Shown here piece after piece: positions 1 to 13,165 of a DNA stretch of 64,000 nt. The stretch is from assembly GCA_052327205.1 (NCBI GenBank), contig CM126226.1, forward strand, positions 11,594,001-11,658,000. The letters are read 5' to 3'. The notes under the pieces were generated by a model. The model worked only from the letters and a program-made list of their open reading frames with translations, was not told the origin of the DNA and made no database searches. The number at the start of each line of letters is the position of its first letter. Positions within the stretch are counted from its first letter, which is position 1. A program made the position numbers and the translations under genes. The DNA is from Somniosus microcephalus. Its lineage: Eukaryota.

Positions 1-197
1 ACTGCCTGAAAGGGTGGTAGAGGCAGGAACCCTCAACATTCAAGAAGCATTTAGATGAGCATTTGAAACGCCATAGCATACAAGGCTACGGACCAAGTAC
101 TGCAAAATGGGATTAGAATAGACGGGGCTTGATGGCCGGCGCGGACACGATGGGCCGAAGGGCCTCTTTCTGTGCTCTATAACACTATGACTCTATA
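1..197 (+). mobile_element. CR1-type LINE 3' end
   Basis: gatgggccgaagggcc hairpin plus ctatgactctat tail, typical of CR1 3' ends. Confidence 0.8.
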
Positions 198-524
198 AGC
201 GGCGGGGACTGTACAAATGGTCATTTTACCATGCTGTAGGTTAACACATTAGACACCAGCACTTTGTATGACCAGGCATCTAGTCTAATTTGATACATAA
301 TCTACAACCGCATTTGTTTTTTCTCCCTCCAGGAGGTTGGCAGTTCAATTAATTCCCAATGTGTAGCAGAGAATAAAAAGGATGTGAATTCAATTTAGAG
401 TGTAGATCATCACTTTATCTCAAAGCAGAAATCACTGCATTTAGGTTGTGAAATAAAAACTTATTCTGATGAATCATTTTGATCTAATGTTTATATCTTG
501 TGAATGCATTTTTGATTGTGAACT

Positions 525-970
525 TGAGGGACTTCAGTTATGTGGAGAGACTAGAGAAGTTGGGGTTGTTCTCCTAAGAGCCGAGAAGGTTAAGAGGAGA
601 TTTGATAGAGGTGTTCAAAATCATGAACGGTTTTGATAGAGTAACTAAGGAGAGCTGTTTCCAGTGGCAGAAGGGTCGGTAACCAGAGGACACAGATTTA
701 AGGTAATTGGCAAAAGAAACAGAGGGAAGATGAGAATTGTTTTTTAACACAGTTATGATCTGGAACGCACTGCCTGCAAGGATGGTGGAGAACAGATTCA
801 ATCGTAACTTTCAAAAGGGAATTGGATAAATACTTGGAAATGCAAACTTTTGCAGGGCTATGGTGAAAAGAGCAGGGGGAGTGTGACTATTTGGATAGCT
901 CTACCAAAGAGCTGGCACAGGCATGATGGGCTGAATGGCCTCCTTTAGTGCTGTATCATTCTGATTCTGT
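525..970 (+). mobile_element. CR1-type LINE 3' fragment
   Basis: Degenerate ORF2 C-terminus (RLEKLGLFS..RRLRGDLIEVFKIM) followed by gatgggctgaatggcctcct and an attctgattctg tail. Confidence 0.85.
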
Positions 971-1114
971 GAAAAACTGGCACTTATGAACATTAAAAGC
1001 ACATCCTGTGGAGAATAAAACATGCATGCAGCATTCTGTCTATATCCGACAGTTTGTGTGTGTGTTTTTTTGATTTAGGTCTGACTGTCATAACCACTAT
1101 GCTATCGTACCCAT

Positions 1115-1548
1115 GTTGTGATATGTTACTGGACTAGCAATCCAGAGGCCTGGACTAATGATCTGGAGACATGAGTTTAAATCCCACCACGGCAGCAGGG
1201 GAATTTAAATTCAGTTAACTAACTAAATCTGGAATAAAAAGCTAGCATCAGTAATGGTGACCATGAAACTATCGGATTGTCGTTTTTAAAAAAAAAAAAA
1301 AAAAAACACCTTGTTCACTCATGTCCTTTAGGGAAGGAAATCTGCCGTCCTTACCCGGTCTGGCCGATCTGTGACTCCAGACCCACAGCAATGTGGTTGA
1401 CCCTTAACTGTTCTCTGAAATGGCCTAGCAAGCCACTCAGTTGTATTCTAGAAGGCGGCTCACCACCACCTTTTCAAGGGCAATTAGGGATGGGCAATAA
1501 ATGCTGGACTTGCCAGTGATACCCACATCCCAGGAATGAATTAAAAAA
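1115..1548 (+). mobile_element. tRNA-derived SINE (family A)
   Basis: B-box-like gagtttaaatccc; body gggaaggaaatctgccgtccttacc...gtgactccag recurs at 15446, 27005 and 31345; 3' tail gggcaataaatgctgg...cccacatccc. Confidence 0.8.
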
Positions 1549-1580
1549 CACATTGATGCTGTTAATATCCTAGCCCTGTT

Positions 1581-2140
1581 CGCTGCCTCCGCAAGATCCT
1601 GCAAATCCATCGGCAGGATAGGCGCACCAACGTCAGTGTTCTTGCTCAGGCCAACATCCCCAGCATCGAAGCTTTGACCACGCTCGATCAGCTCCGATGG
1701 ACGGGTCACATCGTCCGCATGCCTGATACGAGACTCCCAAAACAAGCACTCTACTCGGAGCTCCGACACGGCAAGAGAGCCCCAGGTGGGCAGAGGAAAC
1801 GCTTCAAGGACACCCTCAAAGCCTCCTTGAAAAAGTGTAACATCCCCACCGACACCAGGGAATCCCTGGCCCAAGACCGCACAAAGTGGAGGAGAAGCAT
1901 CCGGGAAGGCACCGAACACCGAGTCTCTTCAGGGGGAGCAAGCGGAAGACAAGTGCAGGCAGCGTAAGGAGCGCCCGTCAACCCAAGCACCCCACCCACC
2001 CGCCCCTTCAACCACCGTCTGCCCCACCTGTGACAGAGACTGTAGGTCCTGCATTGGACTCATCAGTCACCCGAAAACTCATTTTTAATGTGGAAGCAAG
2101 TCATCCTCGGTTCCGAGGGACTGCCTAAGAAGAAGAGGAG
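1581..2140 (+). mobile_element. RTE-clade LINE, 5'-truncated
   Basis: LRWTGHIVRMPDTRLPKQALYSELRHGKRAPGGQRKRFKDTLK, a C-terminal CPTC..H motif region and an (AAG)n tail; highly similar inverted copy at 41141-41709. Confidence 0.88.
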
Positions 2141-4648
2141 TTCTGTTCTGGATGAAGTAGGATAATTCAGGTTGCCAGATGTACTTGTATGTCACTCCAT
2201 AAAGACAGAATAATGAGCTTTGTCTAGGTAACCTTGTAGTTCAGGCAGTTGCCCTTCAAGTAATGGTTCCGTCAAAACCAGGGCCAATAAGGGAAAAAAT
2301 ACCATGAATATGATGTGTCATTTACCCATAAATCAGTGGTGTTTCTAACCAACTGGTGCACATTCTACTATTGTGCAGAGGTGGTGCTGAGGGGCAGTGA
2401 CACTCGGCCCAACCAAGCAATCGCCTGTCCAGTCTTAGCCTGTGGCTGAGAGCAAGCGTGACGATCTGAGCAGCTGGAATTGGTTGTCTTTATATATTTT
2501 TTTTTTAAATGAACTGGTTAATGCCTAAATATAATACCTTTTGTGGGTACAAAACATTTTTGGTATGCAATTCAGGATGGTTAAATTGTTGTTGTAAGCA
2601 ATGCAGATAAAAAGAAAATGCTGTCAGTGCTAGACATCTGAAATAAAAAGAGAATACTGGCACTGCACAGCCGAAAAATACAAGTTCATGTTTCAAGTAA
2701 AGACCCATCGCCACAGCCATCATATGCTGATGAATCCACTGTGTATTCCAGTATTTTGTGCTTTATTGCTTGTAAGCTGTAATGTTTTCCAGTATATGAT
2801 TTGGCCCAACTTCACACATTTTGTATTTCTGATTCTGAAGCCAGTGCCGCCTCTCCCCTCCCTGTGTGTCTCCTTCGGAAAGTGTTGAAAGTAATGGAGT
2901 TTGTTCAGGAGATGAAACCCACGTAAACAGTGATGGAATAGTTAACTCTGCTCGGTGTAGAGACAGTGGCATAATGTCTTGTTTGTTACCCGAATATACT
3001 CAATTGGCTTTAATGAGCTTTATTTTTTGTTGTTTTGCACAGGCTGGTGTGCTTATGACTAAAAAAAATTCTTATCCAGGGTCAAGATTGGGCTAACTTT
3101 AGCTGTCTGTAAAATTTTTTTTTACATGGCTTTGTGAATGACGAAGAATGTGACTAACTGATTTGGCAGGATCTAGCTGAATGAAATGGGACATAAATAA
3201 GGTTGTTTTGATAATGGACAGTGCATCCAGCTGGGGCTCGTAACAGAATGTCCCCGCAGCACGCTATTGCTGACATGTAAACATCATGTAAACACTCTCT
3301 GGCCCTATTTAATTTCACCAAATCCTTGACTTACTTTGAGATGTTGCTGCTTTTGTGGGTTTTGATTTGCATTGAGAATTCTGTACTTTTTTTGGGGGTG
3401 GGAAAGCAGGCAGTGGAAGCGGCGCCCCCTCAGAATTAACTCCAGGGGGGTATCTTTTATCCCTCCTTATCTCGGCCTCACTGATTCCCGACACTCGCTA
3501 TCCTCCCATATTGAGAGGAGTTAAACTTGCAGTTGCTTCCTGGCACTCCCAACACTTCCTTTTTATTTGTACGTCAGACGGCCTGTTTCAGCAGTCTGGG
3601 GAAGGATCCCTCTTGGATTGTGCAAAAGGGTAGTGAGACTGTCTTGTGACTCCAGTGAGCTCAAGGGATTTCCCTCCCCTGAAGTACTATTAATGGAACA
3701 AACAGTTTGTTGTTTTGAGGCTGTTGAAGCAATAAACAAGATAGGAAAACCATTTCTAGAAGATCAGTTCTCCCTCTAGCTTCTGGATTCTCTGGGATTT
3801 AACGAGTCTTGGCTTGTCTCCGATATCCCATCATTGTATTAAAGTTGGTATTTATATTGTGGTTCGATCAATAAATAACTGTGTGTAGTTACTCGTCTAT
3901 TGTTCCCCCTGTAATGTAAACACAATACGCACGTGCAGTTGGTTGAAAGTTACAATTTGTGAATTAATTTCTCTCCGCTGGATGAACAGTCAGGGACTGG
4001 CGGGTGGGCCGTGCAGGCTGGCAATTGGAAAATCACTTAAGCGAACAGCATCAGCAAACTGAGTGCCCAACCTGCAGGTGCCGAGAAAGAATGGCACTGC
4101 TGCCCCAACTAGTGCAGTAACACCCCTGGAAGTGGTGTGTATACTGGATTCTCGGGGCAGCAGTGCTTTCTCGTGTACTTTACAACATTGACAGCAGGAC
4201 TGTAATACAGGCTATGAAATAAATAGCTTTATAAGAGTTATCAGACATGTCTACATTTTCTGTGCCCTTTTTTTAATATGGTCACGATGTAGTATAAATT
4301 ATTGCTGTGTATGGGTCCAGTAGGGCTGTAGTGTTCAGATAATTTCATTGTGATGGCTGTGCAGTAGATTACATTTTTCAGAATGGAATGCTATTACGCA
4401 GTGGGCATTCAGCAGACCACTTTGAGAGGAAGCTATTAGCAAAGACTGCTATAGTTGGATTAGTGTTAAACTTTGGGTAATTATCCTTGTTCTAAAATCA
4501 CAATGCTATCCATTCAAACTGTGAACATTATCTGATTGTACTGATTAAGATCCGTTTGATCTGTTTAATGCATCTTGAGCATTTTACTGTTCTATTAAAT
4601 TAAGGATTTATTTGCAGTTTTTAATGTAGCCATATTTCTTTTATGCAG

Positions 4649-4741
4649 GCTGCCTTCCAGTCTGGCCAGAATGCAGCTCCTCCTCCACTTGTGTACTCCC
4701 AAAATCCACAGACAATGACTACGCAACCACAGACTAGACAG
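4649..4741 (+). CDS. EIF4G3: EIF4G3 exon, AAFQSGQNAAPPPLVYSQNPQTMTTQPQTRQ (93 nt, phase 0-0)
   Basis: Acceptor tttcttttatgcag and donor CAG|gtaaga. MTTQPQTR (ATG 4715) matches the recalled human eIF4G3 start MNSQPQTR; the upstream residues resemble eIF4G1 [17 protein letters not shown]. Confidence 0.9.
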
Positions 4742-5289
4742 GTAAGATGCCCCTGGGGAATGTCACGGCAGCATCTTGACTTCATTTCACATTAAAAATT
4801 GTGGTGTTAAAAGGCATGCTTTTGGTGTAATGCATTTTATTTTCAGTGCTTTCCACAACAGAATAATTGTCAGGCAGTCAGTGATGGCAATGCTGTTAAC
4901 TAATAGGTGTAGTTAATAGAACTAGCTATACCATATTTGTACAGAAACTGGTTCATATCAGCAAAGATGAATTAGTAATGTAGATGTGTTATAAACTCAA
5001 TTTTCATAGAAAATATAGCAATCTGTTAAATGATTTCAGAATTACTGTCTTGAGTGTCATGCCTCTTGAATAGTCATTTACTCGCAAATTATTGCAACCC
5101 AAAATATGCTGAATGTATCTGTGAATAACATGGAATCTGTTCAATTTATTAAACTCAAAAATGAAAACAACTTCTGGGCATATTGACGTGCAAAGACTTC
5201 TTGTTAGCTGCACGATTGAGCTAATGCTTGTTGTCCGCCTTAATTAACAAAGACTGGCAACTGAGTGTCATTATCAATACCCCTTTTGA

Positions 5290-6790
5290 TAGTTGCATAG
5301 AACAATAGAGGATTATTACTTGCCATGGATCCTTCATTACCTGTCCACCCTGCAGCATCCTGCAAAATGTCCACTATCTTGGGAAGAAGCCCCTCCCCGT
5401 CTGATGACTCTGCAGACATCACTGGCCCCACTGAAACCAGCCTCACTGTTGGTGACTCCTTTCTACTGTACCAAACACTGTTCAACCCAGCAACGCTGCA
5501 GGAATGGTCTAGTTCTCCTCCCTAAACCCCATTTCAATCTGACTTCCTACTGCTCCGGCACCACCTTCTCATCGATGCTACCTTGCCTTCAAAGTTCTCA
5601 GTATCTGCTGTCCACCCAAGCCTACCCAAGTGCTTTATGCCGAAATCTCTTCCTAGCTCTCCTCACAGCCTCGGACAACTGACTCCTTGCCCGTGGTAAT
5701 TTTCCTCTACTCTGACATCTCTTTCCTCCTGTCCTTAATCAACCTAACCACCCTCCGCACGCGCACGACTGGGCTCATTTATCTTCAAAATTGAGCTGCC
5801 TCATCATCTTGCCCCCCTACTAACTCTACTGATTACAGAATAGTTTGTAACTTTTCCTCCCATCTCCCTTACAGCTCTTTTCGGATTGACCCTCCATGGG
5901 ATTCACCAGCCGCTCCTTTGACCCCTTCATAACCCAGCTCCTGCCCAGTTGTCTTGACTTAATGCTTCTGGGCATCAGCAGCCGCCCTTTCCTCCGTGTG
6001 TTGTTCTCCTCTTCGTCTCCATCGTATCAGAGCTGGTTACCATCCTGCTGTTTAACTAGCCCCTTTTCACCCCTCCACCATCACCATTTCTAACTTCCCC
6101 TTCCTCTCTAAGGTCGTTTAACACATCACCAACTCCTCCCACCGCACTCTTGAATCCTTCGGTTTCATTTATCATCCAGCCCAAAGCACCGCAACAACCA
6201 TGGTCAAAGTCACCAATATGTGTTTGAAACCACAATGCCTTACTCTTTCTCGTCATCCTCAACCTGTCCGTGGCCTTCAGTATAGTTGACCACTCCATCC
6301 TTCTCTACTGGCTCTCCTCTTCAGACCTCTCCTGTGGCACATCCTCTTGTATCTCTTGCAATGGAGCTTCCTCCTTCCCGGTCACCGTGGCTCTATCCCT
6401 TGGTGACATTATCCATATCATTCGGTGAGCTTCCAGCTGCCGTATGTATGCATACGACAGTTAGCTTTATCTCTCTACCTCCATTCCATAACTACTACTG
6501 TGCTGTTGGACTGCCTGTCCGGCAGCAAGCTGGATGACCCAGAACCTCTGTTCCAATCCCATACACCCATCGCTGCTGTCCTAGCTATCTTTCACTGGGT
6601 CCTTGCCCTGCAGTGAATTGATGTCAAAATGCTTGTTGTGTTCGACTAATCTCCCTTGGCTTGGCTGCACCTTATTTCTGCAGGGTCTCGCCCCACATCC
6701 TAACTCATGCTGTATACTCCAAATCTGGACTATTATGCAATGGGATAATTGGCTTGTGTTGAGGGTGCTACGTAAGTGCAAGTTGTTGAA
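5290..6790 (+). mobile_element. Degenerate L2-type LINE
   Basis: C/T-rich sense strand, RT-like remnant (ctcgtcatcctcaacctgtccgtggccttcagtatagttgaccac) and L2-like end tgctacgtaagtgcaagttgttg. Confidence 0.6.
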
Positions 6791-7129
6791 TTAACATTAA
6801 TAATTTCTGTTCAAACAAATGCCAGATGCAGATAACCTACCTCACTGAAGGAAATGGGTGTAATAATTTTATCAAGCTAGACGGTGCAAAGAAGCAGAGT
6901 TCTTGAGTTTCAGCTTTTTAAATTAAAGGCCAAGACTCCACCTCACCCAAGATATCATCTTATTCACGTTCATGACCTCACAAGCTGCTTGTAGGCTGGC
7001 TGTATGTTATAACCACTCTGAAGTCAGTTACTAGGATGTGGGTAAGAATATCCTGAGGTTTCGTTTTGCCTTGCATGGGGAAGTATTGATCTTGCCACTT
7101 CCCCACAAAGGCATTTCTAAAATAGGGCA

Positions 7130-8058
7130 GCGGTTCCTAGTCAAAAATGACATTCCCTATGACTGTGATCATGGTGAATGATCCAATCTCGCCCTTCTTG
7201 ACCTCTTTACAGCCTTTAACACGGCCGACCACACCATCCTCCTCCACCAGTGCCTCTCCTCTGTTGTTCAGTTGGGTGGGACTGTCCGAGGCTGGGTTCT
7301 GCTCTTGCCTATCTGATTGTAGCCAGTGCATCTCCAGCAATGTTTTCTCTTCCCACACCTGCACTCTCACCTGCAGTTCCCCAAGGATCTATCCTTGGTA
7401 CCCTCCTCTTCCTCATCTACATGCTGCCCTTCGGCAACATCATCCGAAAACCTGGGGGTCAGGTTCCACATGTACACTAACGACACCCAGCTGTAGCCCT
7501 CTACCCCCTTCACTGCCTTTGTTTTGTTGGCCTGTTTGTCCAGTATCCAGACCTCCCGACTCTACTATTCTAATACTCTTCGGGCTGACCTCCTAGCCTC
7601 CATAAACTTGAAATTCCTCCAAAACTCTGCTCCTGGTATCCTAACTCGCACCAAGCCCTATTCATCTATCAACCCTGTGCTAGCTGACCTACATTGGCCC
7701 CTGCTCCCCCAAGTCTCATGGCCTTGCCCCTCTCTCTCCTCCTCCTCCTGCTCTTTAACTGTGTTCCTCCAACTCTGGCCTCTTGTGCATCCCCTACCCC
7801 CTTTGCCCCACCATTGGCGACTGTGCCTTCTAGCCGTTACACCCTAAGCACTGGAATTTCCCCTCAATCTCTCTGCCTCACCACCTCTCTCCTCCTTTAA
7901 GACCCTTCTTAAAACCCACCTCTTTGACCAAGCTCTAGGTGACCTGTCCTAACACCACCTCCTTTGGCTCATTGTCAATTTCTGTCTGATTATACTTTTG
8001 TGAAGCACCTTGGGATGTTTTTCTACATTAAAGGCGCTGTATAAATGCTAGTTGTTCC
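7130..8058 (+). mobile_element. L2-type LINE 3' fragment
   Basis: RT motif VPQGSILGTLLFLIYMLPFGNIIRK and 3' end aaaggcgctgtataaatgctagttgtt. Confidence 0.8.
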
Positions 8059-8954
8059 ACACTGCCGTGCATTGGCCTTCCAGTGTGCTGAGTGCACCAA
8101 CTCCCGTGTTAATTTGGCTCAATGACACCTCTTATCATTTCTTCCAATTAAGTCATGTGTTAAATCATTCAAAAGTTTTTATTAAGTGATAGAAAGTTGG
8201 TTATTTTATAACCGTTATATCTAACCGTAACCTTTTAAATGTTTTTAGTGTTGTATTATTGGAGATTTTAGCCCTGTCAGAGTGCTGGTCTCACGAAGGT
8301 CTCTATTGTGTTGAGGGTGCTGCTTCACTTTTGTGGAGTAATGTGAAAGATTTTAAATCCCATGACTACAGGATATGTTTGCAAAAGAGAACTTTCACAA
8401 GACCATTTTGGAAAAATACCTCGACCAGAAGTTCATATAATTCGATATTTTTCTCCTCCTGTCCTTTCCCAAATGAGGTTCTTATACACTTCTAATTGAT
8501 TCTGTATCCCACTCCTCTCAAATGGAAGATTAATAACGGCCATCATATCAAACAATTTAAACAACTCTTCAGAGAGAGAGGGAGTTGTCATCTATTGCAC
8601 ACAGATAGAAAGTGCAATTACTTTATCACCTATCCCTCGTCATTCAGTACAAAGGTTAAAATTTGTCCATATATCAAGCTCTCGGAAGATCTTTTTGTAG
8701 TTTTATCACTCTCCCTGTTCCTCATTCATTCAACCTCTGCAACAAATAGATTGGAGTCAAAAGTCTGGGATAAGAAGTGAGGCACTGGGCGCTCTGAATA
8801 CTCTGTTACGTGGGCATCCATACTTGTTCCTTTTTATATTGAAATACTGTCATTAAAATTTTTATTGGCTTATTAGCCAGATTTGTGGCATGGCCAATTA
8901 GTCCTTCATTTAAAAAGCTCTTTTTTTTTACACTTGTGTGCAACCCCACCAGTT

Positions 8955-9345
8955 ATCTTTCTCCCCTCTGTTCCTTCCTTGCTTGGGGTACAGTTCTGTG
9001 GGTGTCAGGCACCCAATGGTACTTCACACAAGTGGCTATTCTCCATGTGTGAACCGAGACCTCCGATGTCAGCCAGCTACTTGACCACGCATCACCGCTG
9101 TGTTGAATCCAGTTTTCACCAGGCTCCAGACATGCAAATTTTCAATGGAGGGTTGCTGGACAGTGATCAGGAGTGGGGCTCATGGCTAAATCCCCCCCCC
9201 CCCTTTTCATAGGGGCAGTGATGCTAATTGTGCTTTTGGCACTATCACTTCAATAGAGATAGCTATTCATCAGACTTGGGATCAAACCCAGGACCTACCT
9301 TGTCTGTTTGGCTCAATTTATCACTGCCATGCCAACTAAGCTATC
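8955..9345 (-). mobile_element. tRNA-SINE family B (AmnSINE2-like, from memory)
   Basis: Reverse complement resembles 58322-58725 (aagtggctattctccatgtgtga, gggatcaaacccaggacc). Confidence 0.6.
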
Positions 9346-10804
9346 ATCAGAGCCATTTCTTTTTCGTTTTTAGTCATAGTTCCATGTTTTTCAAGTTTTC
9401 ATAAAAGCTTAAATCTCGAGTCCAAGCTGTCAAGTTTGGCATCACAATATGGAAGTTGAATGAATTAATAAGATTGTTTTTGTGTATAATCTTCCTAATT
9501 TGTATGAACTTCACCCTCCACACACACCACAACTCCTGACCCCTCTCCCAGTCAGTTCTTTTTTGACCTAGGGCACTTGGAGGCCATTGTGTTGGAAGTT
9601 CGTGGCATCAAATCACTCGCTGCCCCAACTAAGTTACGAGAACAGTGGGGATGGTGGAAGACTGCCCAACCATAATGGCGCCAGTTTTGAACCAGAGTCT
9701 CGAATAGTGTCCCACCCAGTTGATTCCATTCTATTCTAGTTCAATCTCGCATATATTCAACGGATGAGGAAAACCTACCTGCAACAGATAATGTAAGGGA
9801 AGGAGATTCACTTTTTCAACTTAAGCCTTGTGGGAAATACCTCTCCTTGGGTTTGATGCTGTTTCCAAAGTTCATTTTTAAGCTTAATGGAATTTCTGCC
9901 TCAACACTCTGATTCCATGCAATTTGAACAATCGAATCCGGTTTCTTGATCTATCTAGAAAATCAGATCGCAGTATTTTCCTCTCCCATTCCACTTTGAA
10001 ATGACCATCTTTAACGCACTTCATTTTACTTGAGGGAGCAGCAGAGTCTGGCAGGCTTGTTCTCTCTCTCCTTAGCTGCTGTAGACGCCATGCTATGATT
10101 GGTTAGAACGTACGCTTCTCGACAGAACTGCCTCTCCTCTCCCTGCTGAAATCAGTAGCTCAGACAAAAATTGGCTAATATTTTCTAATAAGACAGAAGT
10201 GAGCTTGAATGTTGCCAGGATTCAAACTCAAGCCTATGAGTACATGGATATCAAGCAGTATGTTATAAAAAAAAGTTCTGTATGCAACCTCATTGCTTCC
10301 AAGTTTATTAAAACATCTAATCTAATTGGCCTACTTATAACCAGATCGTTTCCCAACCATATAAGCCCCCAAACGAAACTGGGATATGAGGAGCTCCAAT
10401 TTAGTAACTGTTGCTATGCACTGTCTTGCTTCTATTTTTAGTGTCATGATCATTTAAGTAAGTAATTCTATATGTACCAAAAATACATATTTCTTTTGAT
10501 AAATTATATAAAAACAGTGCATCAAAGTTGAAAACTATTGCAGCTAATAAATTGAGGTTATTGATCAGATATTTGGTTATAATTTACGAGAAAAATGAGT
10601 TCCTATGTGATGGAAATGCTGCCTTGTAATTCTGATTTGTGGAAAGCTTTGATTTTTTTTACCTAATGTAATGTGTTTAGTGACCTGAAGTACTAGTATA
10701 TTAGAACTGTGGTTTAATGCTTGTGCTTTGAGTTTTCTAGTCTGTCCTTGCGTTCTTGCTGACTCTGTGTGCCTTTCCCTTGTGTATTTCTTACTTCTCT
10801 TCAG

Positions 10805-10837
10805 TTCGCAGCAGGGCCTCGGGCTGCCCACCACCAG
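10805..10837 (+). CDS. EIF4G3: EIF4G3 small cassette exon FAAGPRAAHHQ (33 nt, phase 0-0)
   Basis: Polypyrimidine tract ending ttctcttcag, donor CAG|gtattt; matches the recalled mammalian alternative exon FAAGPRPPHHQ. Confidence 0.88.
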
Positions 10838-11559
10838 GTATTTACCCCATTCGCTTCATACATCTGGATTTTTGCCATTTAAAATTTAGCCTTAATGAGT
10901 AGTTCTAACCTTTCTGATCAAACAGTGCTGTCATTAAATGGGGAGAGGGAATCCTTCGGCTAAAGATCAGAATAACACCTGATCACCAAAAATTGTTGAA
11001 ATTTGCTTAAATGGCAACTGATTTAGCGCTGCAAAAGCTTGCTTCATATATTCAAGATGGTGTTCTAGCAGGACCCCTTTTGGCCACCAAATCATTAAGT
11101 TTGATGGTCAGTTAGTTACTATTGGTTGAAATTATTTAATTTCCCCATTTCCCCCCCCCTTCCAGCACCCTGAGTTGCTGGCTGAGGAGTGGATCCAGCT
11201 GCGTTATTTTTCATTCATGATTAAAAAGTCAAGTTGATAGTTGGGACTAATTGACTGTCCATGCACTGTATAGTTGATCCTTTTGAAGACTGGAAGCTTT
11301 TTCCTTGACCAAGATATAGCTTATTAGATTTTCTTCCAACTAATTTATAAAATTATATGATTAAAAAAAACCCCATCTCCAATGCTTCGTAGAAAAACGG
11401 TTTTCTAGCTTTTCTGAATATTATGTAATCAGAAATTGTGCTGAAGGCTGTAAAAGATTTCAGTGCTGCAAGTAAATGTGTAACATTATCTTCAGAAATT
11501 ATAATTCAAAGCCATGATGACTTGACACCTCCAGAGTTGGGTCTCCACTTCTGATGCCC

Positions 11560-13165
11560 TTTGTCCTCATTAGATCCCAGGTCACGCCTCTACTATTCCT
11601 GGTAAAGCAGTCACTTCTGTGTCCACAAATCCATGGACATAAGACTTGAACACGTGACAAGCAACTGACCTAGGTGTTCAGATATGGCTCAACCACTTGA
11701 AACTATTCAATTTCTCCCTTTCCATTGCCAAATCTTCATACTACTTGAGGATCATTTTAGACCGCTCCTCCTGCACTGCGTATGATTTCACTCAATATGT
11801 GCACCACACCTTGAGTCTTCACGTCCGAGACTAACTGTGAGGAACTTTTTTCCAAAATCAAAGCTATCTGCTTAGTTGCCTCTTCTGAATCCAGCCTTGC
11901 CCTCTCCCTGAGGAAACCGCCATATTTTTTAGTTTCTCAGCGTCTTCTCCTGACCCCCTTTAAACTGATCTTGTCCACGAAACTCATCAGCTTTTCCCCT
12001 CGATCCCTGCTCCTGACCATCCAAATTCCTCCCCTCTACCATCATCGACCTGTCTCTATCCTTCAGCATTGTTGTTGCTTCCTTCAAAACTGCCATTATC
12101 ATGAACAGAAAAAAAGCACTCAACCAATCTACTCTGATTAATGCCATATCTTTATTTTTTCCCCTTTTCAAAATCCTGGAACATTTCTTTGCCTCACAGT
12201 TGTGCTCCCACCACTCCGTTATAGACCCACCAAGCTCAGTCACAAGATTTATAAGCAACCCCTCGGTGACATCAGCTGGAAGCACAGGTTCAGCTTCCAC
12301 GTACAGCAATGATATCCACCCCTCACTTCCCCTCGTCCACTGATTTCCCAAGACCATTTCTGCATTCCAACTGCCTCTCCGACATCAGACTTGAATGAAA
12401 GGAAAATTTCTCCAGCTAAATAGCTTAAAAAAAAAAAAAAAAAAAAAAATTACCCTTGTAGTTCCTGCCCTACTTGCCTTTGGAGACATCAGCCAATAGC
12501 CACCTTAGGCTGAGTCCAAAAGTGTGGCACCTTGGCATTTGGTCCCAAGTTTTGTTTCTTTCCCTACATCTACCAAGACTGATTCCTTCCACCTCCAAAA
12601 TATTGCTCTTGCCCTACTGCTGCAGAACTCCTGATCCCAGTCATTGTTACCTTGATGACTGATTTCTCCAGTGCTCTCCTTGCCCGCTTCTTGACTTCTA
12701 TCAACTGTGCCTTTTCCTTTATAAAGTCCTTGCACTTCTCTCGCTTGTTTTAGCTGAGCCCCGCTAGCTCCCCATGCCCCAGCAAGCTTATTTCAAGATC
12801 CTCGTCCTTGCCTTCAAATCTCTCCGCCACCTTGTCTCGCCCTACCTCGGTGATCGCTGGCCCTATGTCTCCACGTGCACGCTTTGCTCCTCCGGCAGCT
12901 GCTGGTTGCTCACTCCCTCTGCCCCATCCTTGGCCGTGTTCTTTCAGTCACTTCACTCTACCATTTGAAGCTCCTTCGCTAAACATGTCTGCTTTACCAT
13001 TTCCCTCCCTGCTTTCCCTCAAACGCTTCCTAAAAACCTCTATGACTCTATCTTTTGCTCCCCATCCCCAATCTTTGCTTGCTCCCCCCCATTTTTGTCT
13101 GCTGCCCGGTAAAACATTTTTTGAGACGCCTTCCTATATGTCAGGTGCACGAGAGAAGTAGAAGT
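11560..13165 (+). mobile_element. Degenerate L2-type LINE
   Basis: C/T-rich; FKILVLAFKSL motif near 12790 is shared with the L2 at 53160. Confidence 0.6.

Noticed and set aside
3400-3930. Possible solo LTR (AATAAA motifs, LTR-like composition)
   Set aside because: No clear TG..CA ends, TSD or second copy found.
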